DNA of 53,806 bases from a virus (IMGVR_UViG_3300018933_000006:1-53806); one strand, 5' to 3'; shown: positions 35,359 to 44,676, counted from the stretch's first letter. Program-made: numbers and translations. The notes: generated by a model from the sequence alone, not told the origin.

Positions 35359-35984
35359 CGGTTCCTCGCGATCTCGCAGCGCCCGGTCTCGGTGTGCTGC
35401 TCGGCGCAGGCCGGGCCGCAGCGCTGCGCCAGCTCGGCCGCGGTCGCGGCGATGTGCTGGTACTTCTCGGCGGTGGTGTGGCCGTCCCACAGCGCGCGCA
35501 GGTCCAGGGCGCCGACGCGCTCGACGTGCTGGAAGAGGTCGGCGTCCCGCGGGGCGATGTGCCAGCTGCACTGGCGTCCGCCGATGGTGAGGTAGACGAT
35601 CTGCCAGCCGGGCTCCTCGACGTCGGGGGCGTAGGTGATGACGGCGTCGTCGGTCATGGCGGCGAGGAGGGCGACGAGGTGGGCGCGCTCGCGGTAGGCG
35701 GTGTCCCGCTCGGCCTCGGCCTTCTCTGCGCGGGTCCGCAGCGTCTTGGTGCGGCGGGCCATCAGTTCCTTGGTGTGCGCGGTGACGTCGTCGGCGATGT
35801 CGGCGCGCTTGCAGCACTGGCTGTCGCAGCCAGGCACGGCACTGCACGGTGGTCCTTCGGGTTCGGTCGCTTCGGTCGCTGCCGGGCCGGATGGCTTCAC
35901 CATGTCGGTCGGGTACTGGGTGCAGCCGCCGCACAGGCCGTCGAAGGTCGGGGCGGCTGGGTGCTGCTCGCAGGGCTGGGTCAC
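35355..35984 (-). CDS. WDGH-motif phage protein with Cys-rich N-terminus
   Basis: YRERAHLVALL...GWQIVYL...QCSWH...WDGHT. Confidence 0.75.
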   Translation of the reverse strand: MTQPCEQHPAAPTFDGLCGGCTQYPTDMVKPSGPAATEATEPEGPPCSAVPGCDSQCCKRADIADDVTAHTKELMARRTKTLRTRAEKAEAERDTAYRERAHLVALLAAMTDDAVITYAPDVEEPGWQIVYLTIGGRQCSWHIAPRDADLFQHVERVGALDLRALWDGHTTAEKYQHIAATAAELAQRCGPACAEQHTETGRCEIARNR

Positions 35985-36154
35985 TTCTTCCTCCGTGCTG
36001 CGCGCGCGAGTGCGCGGCGGGTCTGCCGGTTCGGCGGGGTGGGGTCGGGGGCGTCGTCGTCGACGAGCTGTTCGACGCGGACGAGGTGCTGCTCCCAGGT
36101 GACGCCCGGGGCGGGCGCGTGCTCGCCCCGGGGAGTCGACGACGGGCCGGTCAT
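35981..36154 (-). CDS. 57-aa hypothetical protein
   Basis: Coupled overlaps; PNRQTRRA basic tail. Confidence 0.65.
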   Translation of the reverse strand: MTGPSSTPRGEHAPAPGVTWEQHLVRVEQLVDDDAPDPTPPNRQTRRALARAARRKK

Positions 36155-36471
36155 GACTCGGCCCTCGCCTGCTGCGCCGCAGTGTCTTCCGTCGTCGCCG
36201 GAACGCACCGCGACGGCTCAGCAACCAGCCACCCCGTCCCCGGCATGTCGCACGAGATGGCCGCCGGGTGCCGATCGACGTACACCAGCGTCCGCTGGAC
36301 GGCGGCCATGTGTTCGTCGCAGACCAGCGAAAAGTCGGCCTTCGGAGTGAGCCACCAAGCGATGTGCCAGGTCGCCGGTGTCCCGCAGGCGGGGCCGCCG
36401 GGCGTAGGGGTGCTCAGACAGAGCAGGCGTCCGAGCCGGGGCGTCGGACCATTGAGGTGGGGGAAGGTCAT
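36151..36471 (-). CDS. Cys/His-rich hypothetical protein
   Basis: CGTPATWH...CDEH; ATGA overlaps. Confidence 0.7.
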   Translation of the reverse strand: MTFPHLNGPTPRLGRLLCLSTPTPGGPACGTPATWHIAWWLTPKADFSLVCDEHMAAVQRTLVYVDRHPAAISCDMPGTGWLVAEPSRCVPATTEDTAAQQARAES

Positions 36472-36806
36472 GCCGCGCTCCGGCGAGCGATCGTCCGGCA
36501 CGTCCTGTCGTGCTCGGCGCCGGCGGATGTCCACCAGCGGTCGCAGCATCCGTCGTCCAGTTGGCGGCGGGCGTCGGCGGGCGGGAGCTGCTCGTCGGCG
36601 AGGGCTGCGAGCAGGGCCTGTTCGTGCCGGGCCCGGATCCGGCGGTCCTCGATGCGGTAGCAGTCGGCGACGCTGAGGAACACGGTCGCGGCAGTGACCG
36701 CGGGGAGGGCGTACAGCCAGTGGTGGGTGGCGAGGTAGGCGGCGCTCACGCTGAGGGCGGCGGCGAGGGCGTAGCAGGTGTGGGTGGTGCGGCGGGCTGG
36801 GGTCAC
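36468..36806 (-). CDS. 2-TM protein with CC...H..C tail
   Basis: GTGA overlap; hydrophobic hairpin. Confidence 0.65.
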   Translation of the reverse strand: MTPARRTTHTCYALAAALSVSAAYLATHHWLYALPAVTAATVFLSVADCYRIEDRRIRARHEQALLAALADEQLPPADARRQLDDGCCDRWWTSAGAEHDRTCRTIARRSAA

Positions 36807-36964
36807 AGGTAGCTCCCGGTGAGCGTGATGGTCTCCATGTCGCGGACTTGGTAGCGGGTGAGCTGGTGGCGGAGGTCGCGGTCGTGGGGGTCGAAGTCGT
36901 CGTCCTGGTCCTCGTCGTCCCAGTCGGGGTCGTAGTCGTCGAGGGCGAGCTGGTCGACTGTCAC
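36803..36964 (-). CDS. 53-aa very acidic protein
   Basis: DDYDPDWDDEDQDDDFDPHD; GTGA overlaps. Confidence 0.65.
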   Translation of the reverse strand: MTVDQLALDDYDPDWDDEDQDDDFDPHDRDLRHQLTRYQVRDMETITLTGSYL

Positions 36965-37389
36965 GGCTGCTCGACTCGGGTGAGCCGGGCCCGAATCCAC
37001 TCGGCGTCGGACTCGGCGACGTGCGCACCAGCGGCCCGCTCGACGTACAGGCGGATCGGCTGGCCGTCGCCGTCCCGCTCGGGGGCGACGTGGACGTGCC
37101 AGGGCTGGGAGCCGCTGTCGGCCGGGGTGTGCCCGTCGGGGCAGTGCGGGCAGTCGCCGCGCGGGGCGGGCTCGGGGTCGTCCCAGACGATGCGGGTGTG
37201 GCCGCCGTGCCCGTGGACGTGCTCAGCGTGGGCGAGGTTGTCCCAGAAGACGGTGGAGGGGCGCTCGCCGAGCCAGCGGACGGACACGGTGCCGTCAGTC
37301 CAGAGGATGCCGTCGGCGACGCGGCCGGTGCCGGAGACGCCGGTGATGTCGGTGGTGCGCTGGAGGTGGAAGCGGCGGGGTTGGGTCAT
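36961..37389 (-). CDS. Actinophage-type protein (GVSGTG...HGHGG) with second small domain
   Basis: RBS AAGGAG; recognisable motif. Confidence 0.8.
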   Translation of the reverse strand: MTQPRRFHLQRTTDITGVSGTGRVADGILWTDGTVSVRWLGERPSTVFWDNLAHAEHVHGHGGHTRIVWDDPEPAPRGDCPHCPDGHTPADSGSQPWHVHVAPERDGDGQPIRLYVERAAGAHVAESDAEWIRARLTRVEQP

Positions 37390-37505
37390 CGGGTGCTCCT
37401 TCGGGTGAGGTTGCGGAGGGTGCGCCCGGCCCGGCCGAGGCCGAGCAGGGCAGCGGAGATGAACGGGCCGAGAACGACCGCGACGCCGAGCGCGCGGCCG
37501 ATCAC
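37386..37505 (-). CDS. 39-aa membrane peptide
   Basis: Exactly fills gap with GTGA/ATGA overlaps. Confidence 0.55.
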   Translation of the reverse strand: MIGRALGVAVVLGPFISAALLGLGRAGRTLRNLTRRSTR

Positions 37506-37729
37506 GCGGCTTCCTCGTAGTCGGGTCGGGTGCGGCGGGCGAGTCGTCGGGCTTCGCGCCGGCCGCGGGCCCAGGCGGGGCGGGCGGTACGCCAGGCGAG
37601 GCGTGCGGTCCAGGCGCCGGTCGCGGCGGCGGCGAGGATGAGGATGCTGGCGACGGTGGCGAGGAGGGTGAGCCAGGCGAGGGCGGCCCAGCCGAGGGTG
37701 ATGAGGGTGTCGATGGCTTCGGCGATCAC
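37502..37729 (-). CDS. 75-aa membrane protein
   Basis: Hydrophobic N-half, basic tail, GTGA overlaps. Confidence 0.65.
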   Translation of the reverse strand: MIAEAIDTLITLGWAALAWLTLLATVASILILAAAATGAWTARLAWRTARPAWARGRREARRLARRTRPDYEEAA

Positions 37730-38463
37730 GACGGCGCTCCGTCCTGTCGCGCCTCGACGGTGGGGCCCATGGCGGACTCCAGCAGGAGCCTGGCCGTGAT
37801 GTGGTTGCCCGCTCTCAACGCGTCCAGCGCGCGGTCCACGGTGGCCCGGTCGACGGCCGGGCCCTGGGCGGCCGGTGTCTCGTCGGCCATGCGGCGCAGC
37901 TCGTCCTCTGCCTGGTCTGCGCGCAGGATCTCTGCACCCAGTTGGCGGCGCACGCCGTCGATCTCCCGCTCCAGAGCCCGGATCTTCTCGCTGTACTCCA
38001 GGACGGTCTTGCCGCGCCGCCGGGACTCCTCGCCTACTTCGTCGCGGCGCCGCTGTACGGCAGCCAGCTGCTTCTCGGTCTTGTTCAGCTCGCAGCGCGG
38101 GCACACGGGCTGCCCGTCTCGCATGGGGATGTCCATGCCGTCGTGGCCGTGCCAGCGGAAACCGCACTCGGGGTGCTCGTAGTACGGCGACAGCGGAGGC
38201 TCGGCGGCCTGGTCGACGGGCGGCGGCAGCACGGCCAGCACCGCGTCGGCCGACTCTCGGTACGCGGGTTCCATGCCCGTCTCGTGCAGCGGTACAAGGT
38301 GGCTGGGGTGATCGTGGCCGTACAGCGCCTCGGCGATGCGGTCGCGGAGCGCGGCCCGCTCAGCGAGGTAGGCCTGGAACGCCTCGACGGCCTGGCGGTC
38401 GCCGTCGCTCATCCGGTAGTTCGGGTTGTTGCCGCAAGCGGGGCCGGTCGGGCGGTCGGTCAT
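37726..38463 (-). CDS. Mosaic hypothetical protein (Zn motif + coiled coil)
   Basis: HPECG...CPRC; heptad region. Confidence 0.75.
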   Translation of the reverse strand: MTDRPTGPACGNNPNYRMSDGDRQAVEAFQAYLAERAALRDRIAEALYGHDHPSHLVPLHETGMEPAYRESADAVLAVLPPPVDQAAEPPLSPYYEHPECGFRWHGHDGMDIPMRDGQPVCPRCELNKTEKQLAAVQRRRDEVGEESRRRGKTVLEYSEKIRALEREIDGVRRQLGAEILRADQAEDELRRMADETPAAQGPAVDRATVDRALDALRAGNHITARLLLESAMGPTVEARQDGAPS

Positions 38464-38651
38464 CGGGTGGCTCCCGTCGGGGCGCAGCTGGGGCAGTAGT
38501 CGCGGCCCTCGACGTCGCTCCAGCCCTCCGCGGCGAGCTGGGCGCGGTGGGCGGAGGCGAGCAGCTGGCGGGTGATCGGCTGCAGGCTGGACGTGATGGA
38601 CCACTCGGGGCAGTCCTCGCCGGCGCAGGTGACTTGGTGGGTGTGGGGCAT
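38460..38651 (-). CDS. 63-aa Zn-finger-like protein
   Basis: C.GEDC...GW...DYCPSC; RBS AGGAG. Confidence 0.7.
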   Translation of the reverse strand: MPHTHQVTCAGEDCPEWSITSSLQPITRQLLASAHRAQLAAEGWSDVEGRDYCPSCAPTGATR

Positions 38652-38689
38652 GGTGTGGCTCCTGTCGGATGTGGTGTGATCGGTGGGGT

Positions 38690-38718
38690 GGCCGCCCCTG
38701 CTTGCTTCAGGGGCGGCC
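38690..38718 (-). terminator. Intergenic hairpin in early operon
   Basis: 11-bp perfect stem. Confidence 0.5.
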
Positions 38719-38728
38719 GTCCTGCTGC

Positions 38729-39121
38729 TCACTGCTCGCTGGTCCTGTTCGCCAGCTCCAGGAGCACGTCGGCGTGGCACGGCTGGTCGGGCGGGCACCA
38801 GCACATGAGGTCCCGGCCGGCCAGCTGACGGCGTGCAGCCGCGGCCAGGCCGGACTGCGAGGCGGCCCAGCTCCCGTACCAGTCGACGGCGACGCGCCGG
38901 GCCTCATGCTCGTGGCGGCCGCCGTAGACGACGCCCTGGGTTCGGGAGTCGATGACGGCGTAGGTCGGGCCGCACTGCTGGACGAGGTACGGGTTGCCCC
39001 ATCGGGTGCCGCGGCCGACGTAGCGGGCCCCGGCGGGTGCGCGCCAGCCCTTGGTGCGGCGGCGCTGGATGCGGCGGGGCTGGGTGTCGAGGGCGATCTG
39101 ACGCACGGTCATGGCGGTCAC
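38729..39121 (-). CDS. DUF4326 family protein
   Basis: YVGRGTRWGNPY...LAGRDLMCWC...PCHADVL. Confidence 0.9.
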   Translation of the reverse strand: MTAMTVRQIALDTQPRRIQRRRTKGWRAPAGARYVGRGTRWGNPYLVQQCGPTYAVIDSRTQGVVYGGRHEHEARRVAVDWYGSWAASQSGLAAAARRQLAGRDLMCWCPPDQPCHADVLLELANRTSEQ

Positions 39122-39492
39122 TCACCCGTCTCGGCGGCGGCCGGCGCCGCGTGCGTCGGGCAGAAGTCGTCGCCGTCCTCGGTGTGCTCCCAGCCCTTGC
39201 TCTTCACCAGGTGCTGGCGGGCGACGGCGAGACGTTGGGTGCTGGTCATGCCCTCGTGGACCATGTAGTCGGCGGTCTCCTCGGCGCCGCAGTGGTCGCA
39301 GAAGACGGTGATCTGCGTCGGGTAGTACGGGCTGTCGGGGTCCCGGACGATCGCGTTGACGATCTCGGGGGTGAGGGTCTGGGGCTCGTCGGGCTGGCAG
39401 GGGACGAGGTTCGAGTGGGCGTCCTTGCCGCATCCGCAGGGGATGCCGGTGCGGCCGTAGGTGAGCGGGTCGGGGGTCGGCTGGGTGGTCAT
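39118..39492 (-). CDS. Zn-finger-like hypothetical protein
   Basis: CGCG, CDHC, GW...DFCPTH. Confidence 0.7.
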   Translation of the reverse strand: MTTQPTPDPLTYGRTGIPCGCGKDAHSNLVPCQPDEPQTLTPEIVNAIVRDPDSPYYPTQITVFCDHCGAEETADYMVHEGMTSTQRLAVARQHLVKSKGWEHTEDGDDFCPTHAAPAAAETGE

Positions 39493-39577
39493 CGGGGTCC
39501 CTTCGTGGGTGGCTGGATTACGCGCGGGGCTGGCTGTAACCGGATGCGCGCGGGCGGGTGGTTGGTCGGCGTGCTGG

Positions 39578-39892
39578 TCAGGCGGTGGGCGGCTGCGTCT
39601 CGCGCGGGTCGTAGGGCCACGCCATGTCGCGCGTCCCCCACGGGGCCTTGTGCGAGCCTCGGTGGCCCTTGGCCTGGGTGCAGCGGGTGTCGGTGTGGTG
39701 GGGGTAGAAGGCGCCGCAGGCGGGGATGCGGGCGCCGGTGGCGATCCAGTCGGCGACGTTGGCCCAGTCGCCGTCTCGACCCTTGATGACGACCTCGCCG
39801 AAGAGGGCGCGGAAGGCATCGGCGAGGACGGCGGGGGTGCTGGGGCTCTCCGCGGCGGGCTCGTAGCGGGCTTCGTAGTCCTGCTCGGTCAT
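39578..39892 (-). CDS. Hypothetical protein with C..C..H..H motif
   Basis: ATGA overlap with helicase stop. Confidence 0.65.
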   Translation of the reverse strand: MTEQDYEARYEPAAESPSTPAVLADAFRALFGEVVIKGRDGDWANVADWIATGARIPACGAFYPHHTDTRCTQAKGHRGSHKAPWGTRDMAWPYDPRETQPPTA

Positions 39893-41709
39893 GCGCTGTG
39901 CCTTTCGTGGTCGGTGGTGGGGTGCTGGGGGCGGTCGGGGTGGCTGCCGGTGGCGGGGTCGCATCCGAGGTGGGTGTCGTATCCGCGGTTGGCCCAGTCG
40001 GGGTTCATGGGGAGGGCGCAGATGGTGCAGATCGGGCGTTCGTCGTCCCGGGTCCCGGGGTCCCCCTCCGTACCTCCCCCCGCCTTAGAGGCGGGGCGGG
40101 GGGAGGGAGGTCGGGGAGGGACGTCCCCCGGGGCTCCCCCGGGATTCGGGGGGAGGTTTGACCTGCGGGTTTGCGTGTTCTCCTCGGAACTCCCCCCTTG
40201 ATCGTGGGGGAGTTCGCTTTCAAGATCGCGGGGGAGGTTCGGGGGGAGGTCATTTCGGGCATCCCGAACCTCGTCGAAGGAGTCCCTCCGCTTGCGGATC
40301 CGGACGGCCTCCTCGACCTTCTCCTTGCGCATCGAGATGCCGTACTCGGCGCACCACTTGATGACCCGGGGGCTGCCCCACTTCAGCGGGACCGCGGCCT
40401 TGTCGAGCACGCTGACGAGCCACTCCGGGGTGCCCTTGACCAGCTCGGCGGGCCGGTGGTCGAGGGACTCCAGCACGACCGATGTGACCGGCCGGCCGTC
40501 GGGCTTTGCTTCGCCGTCGAGGGTGATGACGCGCAGCCCGAATTGGAGGTCGGCGCCTTCCTCGTCGTCCTTCTGCTTGCCGACCTTGACGGTGACGATG
40601 ATGTTCTTGGCGTTGTCGCCCTTCTTCGACACGTGCAGCTCGGACTGGAGGGCGCCCTTGGCGGAGGAGGCTCCGCGGCCGTGTTCGCCGACGTGGCCGG
40701 TGTGGTGGACGACGAGGACGCAGGCGCCGGTGGCGCGGCGGAGGTCTTCCATCCGCTCGATGACGACGCCGACTTCGGTGTTGGAGTTCTCCTCGACGCC
40801 GACGGAGACGCGGGCCTGGGTGTCGATGACGATCATCTCGGGTGCGAGGCGGCGCATCGCCTCGATGAGGGTGTCCCACTCCGGGCCCATCGCCTGCACG
40901 GGGCGCGGGAGGAAGAGGACGTTGTCCATGCGGACGCCGTAGTGCTTCTCCCAGGCGCGGACGCGCTTGCGGATGCCGCGGGCGCCCTCGGCGACGAGGT
41001 AGACGACGGTGCCCTGGCGGACGTAGTGGCCGTGCCACTGCATGCCGGTGCCGACGTGTCCGGCGAGGTCGATCGTGACGAAGCTCTTCATGTGGCCGGA
41101 CGGGCCGATGATGCGGGCGAGGGAGTCCAGGTGCAGGAGGTCGCCGACGAGCGGCTCCAGCGTCGGCATGTTGTCGAGACTGGAGGCATCGAGGAGTTCC
41201 GCCAGCAGCGCGTCGGCGGGGTCGCCGGAGCGGCCGGCGGCGCGTTCCTTCTGCCGCTTCAGGTAGTCGTCGATGAAGGTGACGGCCTGGCCTGGCTCGG
41301 CCTCTGGTGAGGTGGCCTGCTGGACGATCAGGCGCCCCAGTTCGGCCTCGGCGCGCAGTTCGGCGCGGCGGCGGACCTCGCGGGCGTAGTACTCGGGGTT
41401 GCCGCCGTAGTCGCCGAGGCGAGCGACGTAGACGAGGCCGCCCGCGCGGCGCAGCTCCTGGCGCTTCTCCAGCTCGATACGCAGGGACATCGGGTTGACG
41501 GGCTCACCCTTGTCGTACAGCTCGCCGAGGACGTCCCAGATCAGTTCGTGGGCGGGCAGGGCGAAATCGCTGCGGGTGAGGATGCCGCGGATGGCGGGGA
41601 TCTGCTTGGGCTGGTGGATGCAGCCGCCGAGGACGTACCGCTCAGCCTCATGTTGGTCGGGGCCGTCGTGGTCCGCCTGCTGGTGCGGGATATGGCGGAC
41701 GTTGCTCAC
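39889..41709 (-). CDS. Replication protein: DnaB N-terminal-like domain fused to AAA_25/RepA-type helicase
   Basis: EAERYVLG...DFALPAHELIW; GPSGHMKS Walker A; IVIDT Walker B; VHHTG. Confidence 0.9.
   Translation of the reverse strand: MSNVRHIPHQQADHDGPDQHEAERYVLGGCIHQPKQIPAIRGILTRSDFALPAHELIWDVLGELYDKGEPVNPMSLRIELEKRQELRRAGGLVYVARLGDYGGNPEYYAREVRRRAELRAEAELGRLIVQQATSPEAEPGQAVTFIDDYLKRQKERAAGRSGDPADALLAELLDASSLDNMPTLEPLVGDLLHLDSLARIIGPSGHMKSFVTIDLAGHVGTGMQWHGHYVRQGTVVYLVAEGARGIRKRVRAWEKHYGVRMDNVLFLPRPVQAMGPEWDTLIEAMRRLAPEMIVIDTQARVSVGVEENSNTEVGVVIERMEDLRRATGACVLVVHHTGHVGEHGRGASSAKGALQSELHVSKKGDNAKNIIVTVKVGKQKDDEEGADLQFGLRVITLDGEAKPDGRPVTSVVLESLDHRPAELVKGTPEWLVSVLDKAAVPLKWGSPRVIKWCAEYGISMRKEKVEEAVRIRKRRDSFDEVRDARNDLPPNLPRDLESELPHDQGGSSEENTQTRRSNLPPNPGGAPGDVPPRPPSPRPASKAGGGTEGDPGTRDDERPICTICALPMNPDWANRGYDTHLGCDPATGSHPDRPQHPTTDHERHSA
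40061..40251. repeat. Iteron-like GGGGGAG repeats, candidate replication origin inside helicase gene
   Basis: GGGG(G)AG near 40099, 40113, 40149, 40206, 40230, 40242 plus inverted copies; Pro-rich linker in protein. Confidence 0.65.
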
Positions 41710-41719
41710 GGGCGGTCTC

Positions 41720-42016
41720 CTAGAAGAGCGTGGTCGGCGGGCACTGGTGGGTCAGGAGGTGCTGGTGGGGGCAGTCCGGCGGGTGCCGTCCGGTGGTCCA
41801 GCGCAGGCGGAGGGGGCCGTGTGCGCGGCGGGGCAGGCACCAGACGAGGTCGTGCGGGGTGCTGGCTGCTGCGGCGGGCCCGTAGGGGCGGGGTTCGTCC
41901 GGTGGGGGGAGGTCGACGCGTGCTTGGAGGGCTGCGCGGTCGCCGACCCACTGGACGAGGAGGGGCTGGCCGCAGGCGGGGCAGCGGGTGTCGTCGCCCC
42001 GCCTGCGGCCGGCCAT
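41720..42016 (-). CDS. Zn-binding hypothetical protein
   Basis: CPAC...H.C; TGATG overlap. Confidence 0.65.
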   Translation of the reverse strand: MAGRRRGDDTRCPACGQPLLVQWVGDRAALQARVDLPPPDEPRPYGPAAAASTPHDLVWCLPRRAHGPLRLRWTTGRHPPDCPHQHLLTHQCPPTTLF

Positions 42017-42849
42017 CAGGCCGCGCTCCCGTTCATGACCGGCACGTCGATCTGCTCGCCGATCGCGGTGACGACGTCCGTGAACGCGGTGCGCAGGATC
42101 TCCGTAGGCCGCTCCAGCTTGTAGCCGAGGCGGAGGCCGTCCAGGGTGATGCGTGGGCGGAGACGGGCGGTGAGCCGGTAACCCTCGCTGCCCTCGAACG
42201 GCACCAGGCCGATCTTGAACACCTCAGGGATGGTCAACTGCCCCTTCTGCCCCGCCTTGGCCTGGGTGGTCTCGACGTACTGGAACTGCCGCTGCCCGCT
42301 GCTGAGACGGGTGGCGGACTGGAAATCGACCTTCGTGGCAGCCTGGAAACTCTGGGCGATCTCCAGCATCTCCGCGGCGGCCGGCTCCAGGAGTTCGGAG
42401 ACGTGGTCCTCCAGGAACTCGGCGAACGTTTCCTGCCCGAGCAGCTGACCGTCGTTGCGGATCCACTGCTCCCAGGCGTCGGTCTTGCGCAGGGCGAGGT
42501 GGAGGCGGTGTGCGGCCCAGCGGGCCCCGTCGGGGGTGTGGGCGTCGAGGACGGCGGTGACGGTGAGGCGGTCGCTGTCGGCGTAGACCTCGCTGTAGTC
42601 GTCGTGGTGCTTGTCCCAGTACGCCAGGAAGGACTGGGCGTCGCGGACGGTGGTGGTGCCCGCCTTGCGGGTGGGGTTGTCCTTGTACTGGTCGCCGGTG
42701 AGGTCGATGCGTTCGACGCCGCGCGGGGTGGTGACGACGTAGTAGCCGCCGGTCTCCAGGCGTTCAGGCTTGGCGGCCTGCTGGGCGATGTCGATGACGG
42801 ACTGGGTGCCGTCGAGGTCGGCGGCCATGCCGCTGGTGTAGGTCGTCAC
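42016..42849 (-). CDS. DUF2303 (YfdQ-like) protein
   Basis: QETFAEFLEDH, FQSATRLSSG, IPEVFKIGLVPFEG. Confidence 0.88.
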   Translation of the reverse strand: MTTYTSGMAADLDGTQSVIDIAQQAAKPERLETGGYYVVTTPRGVERIDLTGDQYKDNPTRKAGTTTVRDAQSFLAYWDKHHDDYSEVYADSDRLTVTAVLDAHTPDGARWAAHRLHLALRKTDAWEQWIRNDGQLLGQETFAEFLEDHVSELLEPAAAEMLEIAQSFQAATKVDFQSATRLSSGQRQFQYVETTQAKAGQKGQLTIPEVFKIGLVPFEGSEGYRLTARLRPRITLDGLRLGYKLERPTEILRTAFTDVVTAIGEQIDVPVMNGSAA

Positions 42850-42853
42850 GGTT

Positions 42854-43225
42854 TCAGGCGTCCTTGTACTCGGTGGTGGTTGGGGCGGTGCGGAAGTCGA
42901 GCGCGATCTGGCGCGGGTCGTTGCGGGTGGGATTGCCGTCGTCGTCGACGAAGTAGATGGCGGCCGGCGGGGTGCTCTTCGGCGCCTTGAGGTCGGACTC
43001 GACGCTGATGGCGAGGGGGTCGCCCTCGACGTGCCCCTTGGACGGCTCGACGAGGACCTTGATGACGAGCTGGCCCTTCTTGCCGTGGGTGGAGACGGCC
43101 TGGAGGAGTTCGTGCAGCTCCTCGCTGAGGGCGTGGTGGACGCGGCCGTTGAGGTGGCCGACGAGGAACGCGGCGAACTCGGCGGGCTGCGTGCCGGTCT
43201 CCGTCTCGGGCTGGTGGATGGTCAT
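42854..43225 (-). CDS. DUF2303 partner protein (YfdP-like)
   Basis: V..HGKKGQL...YFVDDDGNPTRNDPRQ; RBS AAAGG. Confidence 0.8.
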   Translation of the reverse strand: MTIHQPETETGTQPAEFAAFLVGHLNGRVHHALSEELHELLQAVSTHGKKGQLVIKVLVEPSKGHVEGDPLAISVESDLKAPKSTPPAAIYFVDDDGNPTRNDPRQIALDFRTAPTTTEYKDA

Positions 43226-43263
43226 GTGGAGGTGGTGCCTTTCTCTGGTGTGGTGCTGGCGGG

Positions 43264-43551
43264 TCAGGTGGTCTGGTGGCTGATCGCGGCCTGGGCAGCG
43301 CGGTAGGCCTGCGGGGTGGAGCGGCGCTTGCCGGAGGCGATGGCGCGGGCGTCGTGGACGCGGCTGTCGGACAGCGGGGACGGAGTGGTCCAGGCGCCGG
43401 CGGGGAGGCCGGGCCCGGGCTTGATCTCGTCCAGGCCTTGGAGGGCTCGCGGGGTGTGAGCTGGGCAGCACGGTCCCGTGAGGTACGGGCGTACGTCCCG
43501 GGTGGCCCCGCAGTGGCGGTGCTCGGCGCCGATCCAGTGGCGGCACCTCAT
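43264..43551 (-). CDS. Cys/His hypothetical protein
   Basis: ATGA overlap with WhiB gene. Confidence 0.7.
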   Translation of the reverse strand: MRCRHWIGAEHRHCGATRDVRPYLTGPCCPAHTPRALQGLDEIKPGPGLPAGAWTTPSPLSDSRVHDARAIASGKRRSTPQAYRAAQAAISHQTT

Positions 43552-43823
43552 GCCGCCGCCTGCTGCTGGGCCTTGCGCTGCCGGTCGTAGAGGTAGCGGC
43601 GGGCCCGGGGTGCCAGGCCTCCACGGACGCCGTGCCTGCTCTCGTGTCCGCAGCCGCCCTCCTGGCGGAGTGCATCGTCGAGGCAGGCCTGGCGGACCGG
43701 GCAGGCGGCGCAGACCTGCTTGGCGAATTCGAGCTTGGCGCGCTCGCCCGGGCGGGGAAACCAGACGTCGCGGAGCTTGCGGAACTCGGGCTGTGCGCAG
43801 AGGGCTTGGGTGTACCAGCTCAT
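43548..43823 (-). CDS. WhiB-family (Wbl) regulator
   Basis: ALC...WFP...AKQVCAACPVRQAC...HGVRGG. Confidence 0.9.
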   Translation of the reverse strand: MSWYTQALCAQPEFRKLRDVWFPRPGERAKLEFAKQVCAACPVRQACLDDALRQEGGCGHESRHGVRGGLAPRARRYLYDRQRKAQQQAAA

Positions 43824-44413
43824 CGGGTGATCACCGCCGCTCGCTCCGGCCACTGGCAGCCCGCCAGAGCCTCACGCTGCCCCGGCGAGACCTCGGCGAG
43901 GGGGAAGCCGAGCCACTCGTAGCCGATCGCAGCGAGCGCGAAGCCGTCGCACTCGTCGTTCGCGGCGGGCCCTTGGAAGGTGCGGCCGAAGATCTGCTCG
44001 GCAGCCGCGCGCATCTGCGCCTTCGATGCCTTGCCGTATCCGGCGAAAAACAGCTTCAGCGAGGACGGCGGGATGATGGCGTACGGGATCTCGCGGCGCC
44101 ACAGCCAGTGCTGCACCATGACCCGGAGCCCGGCCAGTTCCTCGTGCCCGCCCTGACCGGCGTGTCCGAAGGACGGGCCTTCGAGGACGACCAGGTCGGC
44201 GGCCTTGAGGAAGCTGCCGATCTCCTGCATGAGGTAGGCGAGGCGGGGGTGGCCGCGGAGCGCCGTCTTAGGTTTGACGTAGTCGGTCCACTCGGCGGAG
44301 CCGATGCCGGTGCAGCGCAGGGAAAGGTCGCCGCCGATAACGAGGGGTCGCCGGGGCCCGGCCGCCGCGGGGGCGGCCGGGGCATCGGTGGTGAGATCGA
44401 AGAGCGTGGTCAC
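43820..44413 (-). CDS. RuvC-like Holliday junction resolvase
   Basis: IGGDLSLRCTG, VVLEG, LKLFFAGYGKASK, NDECDG. Confidence 0.88.
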   Translation of the reverse strand: MTTLFDLTTDAPAAPAAAGPRRPLVIGGDLSLRCTGIGSAEWTDYVKPKTALRGHPRLAYLMQEIGSFLKAADLVVLEGPSFGHAGQGGHEELAGLRVMVQHWLWRREIPYAIIPPSSLKLFFAGYGKASKAQMRAAAEQIFGRTFQGPAANDECDGFALAAIGYEWLGFPLAEVSPGQREALAGCQWPERAAVITR

Positions 44414-44676
44414 TGGGCACCACCGTTCTGGCGGCCCTGCCACTGCTCCTCGGTCAGGTAGCCCTCTGCTTTCTTCCGCTCGGCGTACCGCTCCTTGGTG
44501 TAGGCGTTCTCCGCCAAGCGGCAGGGCTCGCACAGCGGCTCCTTGCGGTACCGGTGCTGCCGGGCGCCCCGGTAGGTGCCGTGGGCGATGGGCTTGCGCT
44601 GGCTGCCGCCGCGGGGGCGCTTGAGGCCGATGTCCTTGATGAGCTGGTCGAGTTCGGCGTCGGTGAGTTCAGGCAC
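44410..44676 (-). CDS. Small HGT...CxxC protein
   Basis: [12 protein letters not shown]...LCEPCR. Confidence 0.75.
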   Translation of the reverse strand: MPELTDAELDQLIKDIGLKRPRGGSQRKPIAHGTYRGARQHRYRKEPLCEPCRLAENAYTKERYAERKKAEGYLTEEQWQGRQNGGAQ

